Shown here: one piece after another, positions 1 to 13,969 of the stretch
How the letters are laid out: every line of letters begins with the position of its first letter
Position numbering within the stretch: the stretch's first letter is position 1
Source of the DNA: Spirochaetales bacterium
GTDB lineage: Bacteria > Spirochaetota > Spirochaetia > DSM-27196 > SLST01
Direction: 5' to 3'
Assembly: GCA_007127335.1 (NCBI GenBank)
Contig: SKZO01000263.1
Location: 1-58,543, forward strand
DNA: 58,543 nucleotides
Translations under genes and position numbers: made by a program
The notes under the pieces: model-generated
Databases searched by the model: none
Told to the model about the DNA's origin: nothing
The model's input: the letters and a program-made list of their open reading frames with translations, nothing else

Positions 1-87
1 CGCAATACACAGGGCAAGCTCGAGCTGAAGAAGTACTGCGCGCACGATCGCAAGCATACCCTGCACCGCGAGACAAAGGTCAAGTAG
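1..87 (+). CDS. rpmG: 50S ribosomal protein L33, 3' part (5' truncated by window edge)
   Basis: Frame 1 reads RNTQGKLELKKYCAHDRKHTLHRETKVK*, the typical L33 C-terminus. It sits at the usual position before tRNA-Trp and secE. Confidence 0.93.
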   Translation, partial: RNTQGKLELKKYCAHDRKHTLHRETKVK

Positions 88-94
88 TATCCTT

Positions 95-168
95 AGGCCA
101 GTAGCTCCAATTGGTAGAGCGTCGGTCTCCAAAACCGAATGTTCCAGGTTCGAATCCTGGCTGGCCTG
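95..168 (+). tRNA. tRNA-Trp (CCA)
   Basis: Acceptor stem AGGCCAG/CTGGCCT; D-loop with TTGGTAGAGC; anticodon arm TCGGT-CTCCAAA-ACCGA; T-loop GTTCGAATC. The 3' CCA is not encoded. Confidence 0.96.
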
Positions 169-196
169 CTATCCTTCGTGGTAAGAGGGGCGATGC

Positions 197-376
197 ATGA
201 AGAGAGTCATCCAGTTTTTCAAGGACAGCTACGCTGAGCTGAGAAAGGTTCAGTGGCCATCGCGCGAAGAGGTCGGCTCCAACACGAAGGTGGTGCTCGT
301 TTCCGTGTTCATCTTCGCGGCCATCTACGGAATCGTCGACTTTCTGTTGCTCCAGGGCATCGAGCTGATCTTCTGA
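197..376 (+). CDS. secE: Preprotein translocase subunit SecE (59 aa, missed by the ORF track)
   Basis: MKRVIQFFKDSYAELRKVQWPSREE... contains the ELRKVxWP motif followed by one TM helix. Lies between tRNA-Trp and nusG. Confidence 0.95.
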   Translation: MKRVIQFFKDSYAELRKVQWPSREEVGSNTKVVLVSVFIFAAIYGIVDFLLLQGIELIF

Positions 377-398
377 TCAGGTCTGGTAGAGAGACGAG

Positions 399-953
399 AT
401 GGCCAAGGGCTGGTACGTACTACACACTTATACCGGGTATGAGAACAAGATAGAGAAGACTCTCCGGATCATGATGGCCGAAGGTCAGCTCGGTGAGGTC
501 GTGAGCGACATCAAGGTGCCTGCCGAGCAGGTGGTGGAGGTCAAGGACGGCAAGAAGAAGGTCAGCAGCAAGAAGTTCCTGCCCGGCTACATTCTGCTCG
601 AAATGGATCTGCCGGACATAGGGTGGAAGACCCCCTGTTCACTGATCCGGCGCATCAACGGCGTGACCGGCTTTGTCGGTTCGAGCCCCGGTATGAAGCC
701 GCAGCCGATCAGCCAGGAGGAGGCGCGATCGATCCTGCAGAAAACCGGGGATGTCAAGGGCGACAAGACTGCGAAGCCGAAGCAGTCGTTTGCCGTGGGC
801 GAGAGCGTGCGTATCGTCGACGGCCCGTTTGACTCCTTCACCGGGCAGGTGGAGGAGGTCAACATGGAAAAAGGGAAGCTTCGGGTGATGGTCGGCATCT
901 TCGGACGCGCCACACCGGTTGAAGTCGACTTTCTCCAGGTCGAGAAGGTCTAG
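399..953 (+). CDS. nusG: Transcription termination/antitermination factor NusG
   Basis: [14 protein letters not shown]-terminus, KKFLPGYIL, and a C-terminal KOW domain (VRIVDGPF...[10 protein letters not shown]). Confidence 0.98.
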   Translation: MAKGWYVLHTYTGYENKIEKTLRIMMAEGQLGEVVSDIKVPAEQVVEVKDGKKKVSSKKFLPGYILLEMDLPDIGWKTPCSLIRRINGVTGFVGSSPGMKPQPISQEEARSILQKTGDVKGDKTAKPKQSFAVGESVRIVDGPFDSFTGQVEEVNMEKGKLRVMVGIFGRATPVEVDFLQVEKV

Positions 954-958
954 CGGCA

Positions 959-995
959 TGTGGGAGTCCGGCTGATACCGGACGTCGGGACCACA
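959..995 (+). promoter_or_regulatory. Putative uL1-binding autogenous leader of rplK-rplA
   Basis: TGTGG-GAG-TCCGG-ctgata-CCGGA-cgtcggga-CCACA: two helices around an asymmetric internal loop, with the GUGGGAG...ACCAC frame of known rplK L1 sites. Directly upstream of the SD AAGGAG. Confidence 0.6.
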
Positions 996-1006
996 AAGGA
1001 GTACAT

Positions 1007-1438
1007 ATGGCCAAGAAGAAGGTGGCTGCAATCGTGAAGCTGCAGGTGCCCGCCGCCAAGGCGACGCCGGCCCCGCCGGTCGGTCCGGCCCTCGGGCCTC
1101 ATGGAGTCAGCGCGCCCCAGTTCGTGCAGCAGTTCAACGACGTGACCAAGGATATCGAGCCCGGGTTGCTCATCCCGGTCGTCATCACGGTCTATGCCGA
1201 CCGGTCGTTTTCGTTCATCACGAAGACTCCGCCGGCCGCGGTGCTGATCAAAAAGGCGATCGGCCTCGACAGGGGGTCGCCGGAGAGCAACAAGGAGAAG
1301 GTCGGCAAGATATCCCGGGACCAGATCCGCGCGATCGCGGAGCAGAAGATGCCCGATCTCAATGCCAATGACGTGGAGGCCGCAATGAAGATCGTCGCTG
1401 GCACCGCGCGCAGCATGGGTGTCGAGGTGGAGGCGTAG
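1007..1438 (+). CDS. rplK: 50S ribosomal protein L11
   Basis: [24 protein letters not shown] and GTARSMG motifs. Confidence 0.98.
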   Translation: MAKKKVAAIVKLQVPAAKATPAPPVGPALGPHGVSAPQFVQQFNDVTKDIEPGLLIPVVITVYADRSFSFITKTPPAAVLIKKAIGLDRGSPESNKEKVGKISRDQIRAIAEQKMPDLNANDVEAAMKIVAGTARSMGVEVEA

Positions 1439-2122
1439 ATGAAACGCGGAAAGAAGTACCAGGAGGCGCTCGGGAAGGTCGATCGGCAGCGGCGATACGA
1501 TCCGCTGGAGGCGATTGGCCTGGTCAAGCAACTGTCGTTTGCGAAGTTCGACGAAACGGTCGAGCTCTCCCTGAACCTCAACCTGAAAAAGAGCGCGACC
1601 GTGCGCGACACGCTCGTGCTGCCGCACCAGTTCAGCGCCGAGAAGAAGATTCTCGTGTTCGCGAAGGGCGAGAAGGCCGACGAGGCGCGCGAGGCGGGCG
1701 CGGCCCACGTCGGTGACGACGATCTGATCGAGAAGATCCGCGGGGGATGGCTCGACTTCGACGTTGCGGTCGCGACCCCTGACATGATGAAGGACGTCGG
1801 GAGGCTTGGTCCGATCCTCGGCAGGCGGGGGCTGATGCCCAATCCAAAGACGCAGACGGTCACCTTTGACCTCTCCGCCGCGATCGCCGAGTTGAAGCAG
1901 GGGCGCGTCGAGTTCCGTTCGGACAAGACGGGCGTCGTTCATCTCGCGGTTGGTCGCGTCTCGATGGAGCCGGAGCAGATCGCCGAAAACGTCAAGGCGG
2001 TTGTCAGTGAGGTGGAGAAACGGCGTCCTGCGGACACCAAGGGTGAGTTCGTCCAGACGGTCGCGGTTTCCTCGACGATGGGTCCGGGGGTGAAGATCGC
2101 CGTCCATTCGGAACAGGGGTGA
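1439..2122 (+). CDS. rplA: 50S ribosomal protein L1
   Basis: [30 protein letters not shown]. Confidence 0.98.
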   Translation: MKRGKKYQEALGKVDRQRRYDPLEAIGLVKQLSFAKFDETVELSLNLNLKKSATVRDTLVLPHQFSAEKKILVFAKGEKADEAREAGAAHVGDDDLIEKIRGGWLDFDVAVATPDMMKDVGRLGPILGRRGLMPNPKTQTVTFDLSAAIAELKQGRVEFRSDKTGVVHLAVGRVSMEPEQIAENVKAVVSEVEKRRPADTKGEFVQTVAVSSTMGPGVKIAVHSEQG

Positions 2123-2126
2123 GAGT

Positions 2127-2663
2127 ATGATCGAACACGTAACCAAGGTACAGCAACATAAGATCGACTCGGTCGATGCGATCAAGCAGACGCTCGCTGA
2201 GAGCAAGGACTACATCTTCACGGACTACCGCGGCCTTTCGGTCTCCCAGATCACGGCGCTCCGCAGTCGGTTGCGTGAGAAGCAGGCCGACTACAAGGTT
2301 GTCAAGAACCGCTATGCGAAGCTCGCTTTCCAGCAGCTCGATATGCCCGACGTCGCCGATATGCTCGTCGGGCCCACCGCCCTGGCGCTGCTCAAGGATG
2401 ATGCGGGCTCCGTTGCCAAGATTCTGTTCGAGTATGCGAGGGACACGCCGGTCGCGGTGAAGGGGGCCATCGTGGACGGGCGCGTGTTCGATGCGTCCGA
2501 GGCGGAGGCGTTCAGCAAGCTGCCGACGCGTGACGAGCTCCTGGCGCAGCTGATGAGCACCATGAATGCGCCGTTGCAGAATCTGGTGTACGCGATGAAC
2601 GGAGTCACCCAGAAGCTCGTTCGGGTGCTTCAGGCCGTTGCGGACAAGAAGGCGGAGCAGTAG
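2127..2663 (+). CDS. rplJ: 50S ribosomal protein L10
   Basis: DYRGLSV...LR, VVKNR, KLPTRDELLAQL; position between rplA and rplL. Confidence 0.97.
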   Translation: MIEHVTKVQQHKIDSVDAIKQTLAESKDYIFTDYRGLSVSQITALRSRLREKQADYKVVKNRYAKLAFQQLDMPDVADMLVGPTALALLKDDAGSVAKILFEYARDTPVAVKGAIVDGRVFDASEAEAFSKLPTRDELLAQLMSTMNAPLQNLVYAMNGVTQKLVRVLQAVADKKAEQ

Positions 2664-2765
2664 AGCATTCTACCCCGGTCCTGGACCGGGAGAATAGAAG
2701 ACGCGGCGTTAGTCTTCGAGAGAAGTGTTGCATGCTACCGTCGCGAAACCAAGGAGGAAGATAAT

Positions 2766-3158
2766 ATGGCGACACTGGCGAAAGAGGACATTCTGGAAGC
2801 CGTTGCGAACATGAGCGTGCTGGAGGTCAGCGAGCTCGTGAAGGCGATGGAGGAGAAGTTCGGCGTGACGGCGGCGGCCCCTGTGGCGGTTGCGGCTCCC
2901 GGAGCAGGTCCGGCAGCAGGCGCAGACGCCGGAGAAGACGAGCAGACGGAGTTCAACGTGATCCTCGCGAGCTTCGACGATGGCAAGAAGATTCCCGTTA
3001 TCAAGGAAGTTCGAGCCATTACCGGGCTTGGCCTGAAGGAAGCGAAGGAACTCGTCGAAGCCGGAGGAAAGGCTGTTAAGGAAAGCGTATCCAAGGACGA
3101 GGCCAACTCGATCAAGGAGAAGCTCGAGGCGGCCGGCGCCAAGATTGAGGTCAAGTAA
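2766..3158 (+). CDS. rplL: 50S ribosomal protein L7/L12
   Basis: [11 protein letters not shown]...KFGV, Ala-rich hinge, [24 protein letters not shown]. Confidence 0.98.
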   Translation: MATLAKEDILEAVANMSVLEVSELVKAMEEKFGVTAAAPVAVAAPGAGPAAGADAGEDEQTEFNVILASFDDGKKIPVIKEVRAITGLGLKEAKELVEAGGKAVKESVSKDEANSIKEKLEAAGAKIEVK

Positions 3159-3286
3159 GCATCGATACCGAGCTTGCAACGATCATCGTACTCACCATTG
3201 GGGATGGGCGATCTGTGTCCAGCCCCAATGGTGTCTTCATCTCTACGGCGTGAGCGGATTGCGTCGTGCCGCACTGGGAGGACCAC

Positions 3287-6799
<3,513 letters not shown>

Positions 6800-6810
6800 T
6801 CGGAGGAATC

Positions 6811-9800
6811 ATGAGAGACATTCAGGACTTCGACAGTATCATGATCAAGCTGGCTTCGCCCGACCAGATCCGCGCGTGGAGCTACGGCGAGGTCAAGAAG
6901 CCTGAGACGATAAACTATCGGACGCTGCGCCCTGAGAAGGACGGGCTTTTCTGCGAGCGGATTTTCGGCACGACCAAGGAGTGGGAGTGCTACTGCGGAA
7001 AGTTCAAGAGCATTCGGTACAAGGGAGTGATCTGCGACCGGTGCGGCGTTGAGGTGACTCACTTCAAGGTGCGGCGCGAGCGGATGGGGCACATCGAGCT
7101 CGCCAGCCCCGTCTCCCATATATGGTACTATCGCTCGGTTCCCAGCCGGATGGGGCTCCTGCTCGATCTCACGATTGCGGCGCTGCGATCGATTCTCTAC
7201 TACGAGAAGTACATCGTGATCGATCAGGGAGATACCGAGCTCAAGCCGATGGAGCTTCTCACGGAAGAGGAGTTCATGGAAGCGAAGGAACGCTATGGAA
7301 TGAGCTTCTCCGCCGGCATCGGGGCAGAGGCGGTCAGGACGCTCCTTGAGAACCTCGATCTTGATGAGTTGTCCGTCGATCTTCGGCAACAGATGATCGA
7401 CAAAGGCGCAAAAGCCGACAAGCGGTTGCTCAAACGGATCGAGATCGTGGAGAATTTCCGCGATTCAGGGAATCGTCCGGAATGGATGATCGTCGACGTG
7501 ATTCCTGTGATTCCTCCGGAGCTCAGACCCATGGTCCAGCTCGACGGGGGGCGCTTCGCGACGAGCGATCTGAACGATCTGTACCGACGGGTCATCAACC
7601 GGAACAACCGCCTCAAGCGACTGATGGCGCTGAACGCTCCGGATATCATCATCCGGAACGAGAAACGGATGCTCCAGGAAGCCGTCGACGCGCTCTTCGA
7701 TAACAGCAAGAAGAAGCGTGTCGTGAAAGGAGCGAGTAATCGTCCGCTGAAGAGCCTGTCCGACATGCTGAAGGGCAAGCAGGGTCGGTTCAGGCAGAAT
7801 CTGCTCGGCAAGCGGGTGGACTACTCGGGCCGCTCGGTCATCGTGGTCGGTCCGGAGCTCAGGCTGCACCAGTGCGGGCTCCCGACCAAGATGGCGCTCG
7901 AGCTCTACAAGCCGTTCATCATGAAGAAGCTCGTCGAGAAGGACGTGGTCTACAACATCAAGAAGGCGAAGACGCTCGTCGAGCAGGAGACGCCCGAGGT
8001 ATGGGCGGTTCTCGACGAGGTCGTGCGGGAGCATCCGGTGCTTCTGAACAGGGCGCCGACGCTGCACCGACTGGGGATTCAGGCGTTTGAGCCGGTTCTC
8101 GTGGGCGGGAAAGCGATACGGCTGCACCCGCTGGTCTGCCACGCGTTCAACGCCGACTTCGACGGTGACCAGATGGCGGTGCACGTACCCCTGACGCAGG
8201 CGGCGCAGATCGAGTGCTGGACGCTCATGTTGAGCTCGCGCAATCTGCTGAATCCGGCGAACGGGTCTCCGATTGTCTTCCCGAGCCAGGACATGGTTCT
8301 CGGGATCAACTATCTCACACGGCACCGCTCCGGTGGGCGGGGTGAGGGCAAACACTTCAGCAGCCCGGACGAAGTGCTCCTGGCGCTCGATGCGCGAAGC
8401 ATTGAGTACGCGACGCTGGTGAAGGTGCCCATGGACGGGAAGGTGATCGAGACGACCGCCGGGCGGCTGATCTTCAACCTGGACATGCCGGAAGAGCTGG
8501 AGTACGTCAACGAATCCCTTGGCGACAAGGAGCTGCGGTCGCTTATCTCCCGTGCGTACGCGGAGGAGGGGCCGCACGTGACGGTGAAGATGCTCGACGC
8601 GATCAAGCGGCTCGGTTTCCGGTACGCCACGTTGTTCGGCGCGACGATTGGCATTGACGACATCAAGGTGCCCGCCAACAAGCCGAAGATGATTGAGGCC
8701 GCGAACACTGAGGTCAATGCGATTCAGAATCAGTACCTGCAGGGTCATATCACCAACGAGGAACGGTACAACCGGGTCGTTGAGGTCTGGAGCAAGACGA
8801 ATGAGGACCTCACCAACGTCATGATGAAGAATCTGCGGGAGGATAACTACGGGTTCAACCCGGTCTACATGATGGCCAACTCCGGAGCCCGTGGTAGCCG
8901 CAGCCAGATTCGTCAGCTCGCGGGGATGCGGGGTCTGATGGCGAAGCCGTCGGGCGACATCATCGAGCTGCCGATCCGGAGCAACTTCAAGGAAGGGCTC
9001 TCCGTCATCGAGTTTTTCATCTCGACGAACGGCGCTCGTAAGGGGCTCGCGGACACGGCGCTGAAGACCGCCGATGCCGGATATCTGACCAGACGACTCG
9101 TCGACATCGCGCAGGACGTCGTGATAACCGAAGACGATTGCGGCACGATCAACGGCATTGACACTGTCGCTCTGAAGGACGGAGAGGAGGTCGTTGAGTC
9201 GCTTGCCGACCGGATTTCCGGCCGGTACACGCTCGAACGTGTCAAGCATCCGATTACCGGCGAGATCATCGTCGATGTAAACGAAGAGATCTCTGACGAG
9301 AAGTCGACGGAGATCGAGCAGGCCGGTATAGAGTCGGTGCGTATCCGTACGGTTCTCACCTGCGAGGCGAGTCACGGAGTGTGCCGCCGGTGCTACGGGC
9401 GGAATCTGGCGACCAACCGACCGGTCGATATAGGTGAGGCGGTCGGGATCATCGCGGCCCAGAGTATTGGGCAGCCGGGTACGCAGCTGACGATGCGGAC
9501 CTTTCACATCGGTGGGGCCGCGACGAAAACGAGCGAGGAGAACCGCACCTACCTGCGATACCCGGTCCTGGTAAGAGATATTCAGGGTAGTCTTGTCGAG
9601 ATCTCGCCGGGGGTGAAGCTCTTCACTCGTAAGGGGTATGTGAGTGTTGCCCGCGTGCTCGATGAGGTGGTCATTGAAAAGAAGGACAGGTTGCAGGTCT
9701 CCGACGGGGACCGGGTCTCCACCGGAGATGTCGTCCTCAAGCGAGGCAAGCAGGAGATCACCGCAGATGCAAACGCCTACGCGGTTCTGCGGGAGGCCGA

Positions 9801-11043
9801 CGGGCTGCTGCTCTTCGTCGCGCAGGACCAGACGCTCGAGGTTCGCAACGGCGCCGAGGTTCTCGTCGGGGAGGGCGATCTTGTCGCTGCCGAAGAACCT
9901 ATTGCCGTATTCGACCCGTTCAGCGAGCCGATCATCTGCGAGTACAACGGGACCGTTGAGTTCAAGGACGTTGTGCAAGGGACAACGCTCAAAGAGGAGA
10001 TCAACGAAGACACCGGCAATGTAGAGAAGAAGATTACCGAGTTCACGCTCGAGAGCCTGCAGCCACGGATCGTCATCAACGACGATTCGGGCGAAGAGGT
10101 TGCCACCTACTACCTGCCCGGCTCAGCGTACCTGAACGTGGAGAACGGCGAGAAGGTGAAGGCCGGGCGTATCCTAGCGAAGCTTCTTCGGGAGAGCGTG
10201 AAGACGCGTGATATCACCGGTGGTCTGCCTCGCGTCGGTGAGCTCTTTGAGGCCCGACGTCCGAAAACCGGGTCGGTTCTCGCGCAGGTGAGTGGCACCG
10301 TCAACTTCCGCCCGATTGTGAAGGGGAAGCGCGTCATCATTGTCGAGGATGAGCACGGCAAGGAGTTCAAACACCTCGTGCCCATGGGAAAGCATCTTTT
10401 CGTGCGGCAGGGAGATGCCGTGAAGGCCGGTGAGATGCTCTGCGAGGGGACGATCGACCCTCACGATATCCTTCAGATTCTCGGCGAGAACGCGCTCCAG
10501 TCTTTCCTGGTGAACGAGGTCCAGGAAGTCTACCGGCTGCAGGGCGTCAATATCAATGACAAGCATATTGGCGTGATCATCCGTCAGATGATGCGCAAAG
10601 TCGAGATCGTAGGCGTGGGCGACACGAACTTCATCTTCGGGCAGCAGGTGGACAAGTACCGCTTCCATGAGGAGAACCGCAAGGTGATGCGGGAAGGCGG
10701 GCAGCCCGCGATCGCACGGCCGCTGCTGCTTGGCATCACGCGCGCCAGCCTGAACATCGACAGCTTCATCTCGGCCGCAAGCTTCCAGGAGACGACGCGC
10801 GTTCTCACGAACGCGGCGATCGCAGGCTCGACCGATCTGCTTCGAGGACTCAAGGAGAACGTGATCATTGGCCACCTGATTCCGGCGGGCACGGGTATAC
10901 GGGACTACCGGAACATCCGGCTCTTCGATGAGCACCGGGACGACCTCGACGCGCATATGCAGCAGATACTCGAGCAGCGAGCTCGCGAGCGGGAGCTCGA
11001 GGAACAGCAGGCCAAGGAAGAGGCGGAGATGCTCGAACAGTAG
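6811..11043 (+). CDS. rpoC: RNA polymerase beta' subunit
   Basis: Zn-binding CYCGK...CDRC, catalytic [17 protein letters not shown]. Confidence 0.99.
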   Translation: MRDIQDFDSIMIKLASPDQIRAWSYGEVKKPETINYRTLRPEKDGLFCERIFGTTKEWECYCGKFKSIRYKGVICDRCGVEVTHFKVRRERMGHIELASPVSHIWYYRSVPSRMGLLLDLTIAALRSILYYEKYIVIDQGDTELKPMELLTEEEFMEAKERYGMSFSAGIGAEAVRTLLENLDLDELSVDLRQQMIDKGAKADKRLLKRIEIVENFRDSGNRPEWMIVDVIPVIPPELRPMVQLDGGRFATSDLNDLYRRVINRNNRLKRLMALNAPDIIIRNEKRMLQEAVDALFDNSKKKRVVKGASNRPLKSLSDMLKGKQGRFRQNLLGKRVDYSGRSVIVVGPELRLHQCGLPTKMALELYKPFIMKKLVEKDVVYNIKKAKTLVEQETPEVWAVLDEVVREHPVLLNRAPTLHRLGIQAFEPVLVGGKAIRLHPLVCHAFNADFDGDQMAVHVPLTQAAQIECWTLMLSSRNLLNPANGSPIVFPSQDMVLGINYLTRHRSGGRGEGKHFSSPDEVLLALDARSIEYATLVKVPMDGKVIETTAGRLIFNLDMPEELEYVNESLGDKELRSLISRAYAEEGPHVTVKMLDAIKRLGFRYATLFGATIGIDDIKVPANKPKMIEAANTEVNAIQNQYLQGHITNEERYNRVVEVWSKTNEDLTNVMMKNLREDNYGFNPVYMMANSGARGSRSQIRQLAGMRGLMAKPSGDIIELPIRSNFKEGLSVIEFFISTNGARKGLADTALKTADAGYLTRRLVDIAQDVVITEDDCGTINGIDTVALKDGEEVVESLADRISGRYTLERVKHPITGEIIVDVNEEISDEKSTEIEQAGIESVRIRTVLTCEASHGVCRRCYGRNLATNRPVDIGEAVGIIAAQSIGQPGTQLTMRTFHIGGAATKTSEENRTYLRYPVLVRDIQGSLVEISPGVKLFTRKGYVSVARVLDEVVIEKKDRLQVSDGDRVSTGDVVLKRGKQEITADANAYAVLREADGLLLFVAQDQTLEVRNGAEVLVGEGDLVAAEEPIAVFDPFSEPIICEYNGTVEFKDVVQGTTLKEEINEDTGNVEKKITEFTLESLQPRIVINDDSGEEVATYYLPGSAYLNVENGEKVKAGRILAKLLRESVKTRDITGGLPRVGELFEARRPKTGSVLAQVSGTVNFRPIVKGKRVIIVEDEHGKEFKHLVPMGKHLFVRQGDAVKAGEMLCEGTIDPHDILQILGENALQSFLVNEVQEVYRLQGVNINDKHIGVIIRQMMRKVEIVGVGDTNFIFGQQVDKYRFHEENRKVMREGGQPAIARPLLLGITRASLNIDSFISAASFQETTRVLTNAAIAGSTDLLRGLKENVIIGHLIPAGTGIRDYRNIRLFDEHRDDLDAHMQQILEQRARERELEEQQAKEEAEMLEQ

Positions 11044-11101
11044 GCCGCGGAAGACGACCGGGGAGAATGGGCCCCGGTCGTGACAATGGGCCCCGGTCGT
11101 C

Positions 11102-11130
11102 TTGACACCGCACAGGCCTGTTGGTACATT
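11102..11130 (+). promoter_or_regulatory. Sigma-70 promoter of rpsL
   Basis: TTGACA (11102-07), 17-nt spacer, TACATT (11125-30). Confidence 0.8.
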
Positions 11131-11168
11131 ACTGGCTCACGTACGAAGAAAGGGAGTGCTCAGGAAGC

Positions 11169-11543
11169 ATGCCAACCATCAATCAGCTGATCCGAAACGG
11201 GCGGAAGACCATAAAGAAAGGGACAAAGTCGCCCGCATTGCAGGCTTGCCCGCAGAAGCGAGGAGTGTGCACGCGCGTCATGACGATCACTCCCAAGAAA
11301 CCGAACTCGGCCCTTCGAAAGGTGGCGCGCGTCAGGCTCACCAACGGGATCGAGGTAACGGCGTATATACCGGGAATCGGGCACAATCTTCAGGAGCACT
11401 CCGTAGTGCTGCTTCGGGGAGGCCGAATCAAGGACCTTCCGGGTGTCCGGTACCACATCGTGCGCGGCGCGAAGGATACCCTTGGCGTTGATGACAGACG
11501 TAAGGCGCGCTCGAAGTACGGGACCAAGCGACCGAAGGCGTAG
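11169..11543 (+). CDS. rpsL: 30S ribosomal protein S12
   Basis: [25 protein letters not shown]; true start at ATG 11169. Confidence 0.99.
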   Translation: MPTINQLIRNGRKTIKKGTKSPALQACPQKRGVCTRVMTITPKKPNSALRKVARVRLTNGIEVTAYIPGIGHNLQEHSVVLLRGGRIKDLPGVRYHIVRGAKDTLGVDDRRKARSKYGTKRPKA

Positions 11544-11551
11544 GTGGAAAG

Positions 11552-12022
11552 ATGCCAAGACGACACATTGTACCACGAAAGCAGGCTGTTCCGGATCCTC
11601 GTTTCGGTAGCGCGGTCGTTGCGAAGTTCGTCGCCCGGATGATGCTCGACGGCAAGAAGTCTGTCGCGCAGAAGGTATTCTATGGAGCGATGGACGATAT
11701 TGACCGTAAGGGAGACGCCACGTCGCTTGACGTCTTCTTGAAGGCGATCGATAACGTCAAGCCGGCGGTCGAAGTCAAGAGCCGCAGGGTTGGTGGCTCA
11801 ACGTACCAGGTGCCCGTTGAGGTTCGTGAGAGCAGGCGCGAGGCGCTGGCGATGCGGTGGCTCATCGCGGCCGCGCGAAGTCGGAGCGGACGCAGCATGA
11901 GTCAGAAGCTCAGTGGTGAGATCATGGACGCAGCGAACCAGTCCGGGAATGCGTTCAAGAAGAAGGAAGATACCCATAGAATGGCCGATGCAAACAAGGC
12001 CTTCTCCCATTATCGCTGGTAG
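11552..12022 (+). CDS. rpsG: 30S ribosomal protein S7
   Basis: [32 protein letters not shown]. Confidence 0.99.
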   Translation: MPRRHIVPRKQAVPDPRFGSAVVAKFVARMMLDGKKSVAQKVFYGAMDDIDRKGDATSLDVFLKAIDNVKPAVEVKSRRVGGSTYQVPVEVRESRREALAMRWLIAAARSRSGRSMSQKLSGEIMDAANQSGNAFKKKEDTHRMADANKAFSHYRW

Positions 12023-12262
12023 AGCGATAATGCCGGCAGAAACCCGTGAGGGTTTCTGCACGCCGAGCCGCACATCGGTTCGGTGCTGATCTTTCACAGC
12101 TCCGCTTGAGCCTACTCAAGCAGTGCAGACCAAACCGGTCGTCTCTTTCGCAGGAGAGCTGGTTGGCAGGATTGTTCGGCACGCAGTCCTGCTGAGCGAG
12201 AGTGCCGCGAGATGGCAAGGTGGTCGCGATTCTTCGAGTACGATTGTGGTACTCGTCTCGCG
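12008..12262 (+). ncRNA. Candidate structured RNA in the rpsG-tuf spacer (family unknown)
   Basis: At least 8 consecutive stem-loops and a multibranch closure (see findings). No recognisable protein homology. Confidence 0.4.
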
Positions 12263-12264
12263 TT

Positions 12265-12294
12265 TTGCCGGTTCTGCCGGCCCCACCTTACAAT
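12265..12294 (+). promoter_or_regulatory. Putative internal sigma-70 promoter for tuf
   Basis: TTGCCG (12265-70), 18-nt spacer, TACAAT (12289-94). Confidence 0.6.
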
Positions 12295-12383
12295 ACAGTG
12301 TTCGCAATCGATCCATTCGTGGATCGCGAAATACAGCGCTAGGAACGGACCACGGGTTCGTGGCAAGACCCAAGGAGGGCGGA

Positions 12384-13577
12384 ATGGCTAAGGAGAAGTT
12401 TGCGAGGACGAAGCCCCATATCAACGTCGGCACCATAGGCCACGTCGACCATGGTAAGACGACGCTGACTGCGGCGATCACGATGATCAGCTCGGCACGG
12501 CTCGGCTCGGGCAAGATCATGAGCTACGAGGAGATCGACAACGCTCCCGAGGAGAAGGCTCGCGGCATCACGATCAACACGCGGCACGTAGAGTATGAGT
12601 CGGAGAACCGCCACTACGCGCATGTGGACTGCCCGGGGCACGCGGACTACATCAAGAACATGATCACCGGCGCCGCGCAGATGGACGGAGCCGTCCTCGT
12701 CGTTTCCGCTCCGGACTCGGTCATGCCGCAGACGCGTGAGCACATCCTCCTTGCGCGACAGGTCGGCGTTCCTGCGATCATCGTTTTCTTGAACAAGACC
12801 GACCAGGTCGACGATCCCGAGCTCATTGAGCTTGTCGAGGAAGAGGTTCGCGAGGTGCTCAATGAGTACGAGTTCCCCGGTGACGAGATTCCCATCATCA
12901 AGGGAAGCGCCTTCGACGCGATGAGCAATCCGGGCGACGAGGAGAAGATCAAGCCGATCCTCGAGCTCATGGAAGCGATGGACACGTACTTCCCGCTCCC
13001 TGAGCGTGCGGTGGATCTCGACTTCCTCATGCCGATCGAGGATATCTTCTCGATCCAGGGCCGTGGAACCGTTGTCACCGGTCGTATCGAGCGCGGCATT
13101 GTCCATGTGAATGACAAGGTCCAGATTATCGGAATCCGTGATACGAAGGAGACCGTCGTTACCGGTGTCGAGATGTTCAACAAGTTGCTCGATGAAGGGC
13201 AGGCCGGAGACAACATCGGAGCGCTGCTCCGTGGTATCGACAAGAACGATGTCGAGCGCGGACAGGTTCTTGCGAAGCCCGGCTCAATCACGCCGCATAC
13301 GAAGTTCAAGGGAACCATCTATGCCTTGAGCAAGGAAGAAGGCGGTCGCCATAGTCCGTTCTTCACCGGGTATCGTCCGCAGTTCTATTTCCGCACCACC
13401 GATATCACGGGTACTGTTGCGCTTCCCGAAGGGAAGGAGATGGTGATGCCCGGCGACAATACCGAGATTATCTGTGAGTTGATCCATCCGATCGCCATGG
13501 ACCGTGGGCTGCGGTTTGCGATCCGGGAGGGTGGCCGAACGGTTGCCTCCGGTCAGGTTATTGAGATTCTTGAGTAA
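12384..13577 (+). CDS. tuf: Elongation factor Tu
   Basis: [44 protein letters not shown] 12384 follows AAGGAGG; the upstream extension in the ORF track is spurious. Confidence 0.99.
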   Translation: MAKEKFARTKPHINVGTIGHVDHGKTTLTAAITMISSARLGSGKIMSYEEIDNAPEEKARGITINTRHVEYESENRHYAHVDCPGHADYIKNMITGAAQMDGAVLVVSAPDSVMPQTREHILLARQVGVPAIIVFLNKTDQVDDPELIELVEEEVREVLNEYEFPGDEIPIIKGSAFDAMSNPGDEEKIKPILELMEAMDTYFPLPERAVDLDFLMPIEDIFSIQGRGTVVTGRIERGIVHVNDKVQIIGIRDTKETVVTGVEMFNKLLDEGQAGDNIGALLRGIDKNDVERGQVLAKPGSITPHTKFKGTIYALSKEEGGRHSPFFTGYRPQFYFRTTDITGTVALPEGKEMVMPGDNTEIICELIHPIAMDRGLRFAIREGGRTVASGQVIEILE

Positions 13578-13627
13578 GGCGGGTGGAGCCTCACCATGCG
13601 GTGAGGCTCCTTGCGATTGGAGGCAGC

Positions 13628-13936
13628 ATGGCTAACGACAGGATTCGGGTTCGACTTCGAGGCTTTGATACTGAGCTTGTAGACCAGAGTGCGAAGTCTA
13701 TCGTGCAGACGGTCCAGAAGTCGGGCGCCAGGGTGTCCGGCCCGATTCCGTTGCCCACGCGCATCAACAAGTTCACTGTGCTGCGGTCTCCGCATGTGAA
13801 CAAGAAGGCGCGTGAGCAGTTCGAGATGCGCACGCACAAGCGGTTGATCGATATCATGGAGCCGACGCCGGCGGTCATGGATGCGCTTATGAAGCTCGAG
13901 CTGCCGGCGGGAGTCGACGTCGAGATCAAGCAATAG
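13628..13936 (+). CDS. rpsJ: 30S ribosomal protein S10
   Basis: [32 protein letters not shown]; ATG 13628 follows GGAGG. Confidence 0.99.
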   Translation: MANDRIRVRLRGFDTELVDQSAKSIVQTVQKSGARVSGPIPLPTRINKFTVLRSPHVNKKAREQFEMRTHKRLIDIMEPTPAVMDALMKLELPAGVDVEIKQ

Positions 13937-13969
13937 GGCCGTTCGTGGCTCGGCGGTACAGGAAGACAA

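Noticed and set aside
253-453. 66-aa ORF listed over secE
   Set aside because: Wrong frame; the real secE is 197-376.
12215-12230. T-box-like AAGGTGGT
   Set aside because: Does not match the GGTGGTACCGCG antiterminator bulge, and no terminator follows.
12123-12383. 87-codon N-terminal extension of EF-Tu, or a fusA remnant
   Set aside because: No EF-G-like motifs; a strong SD precedes ATG 12384; a promoter lies inside the supposed extension.
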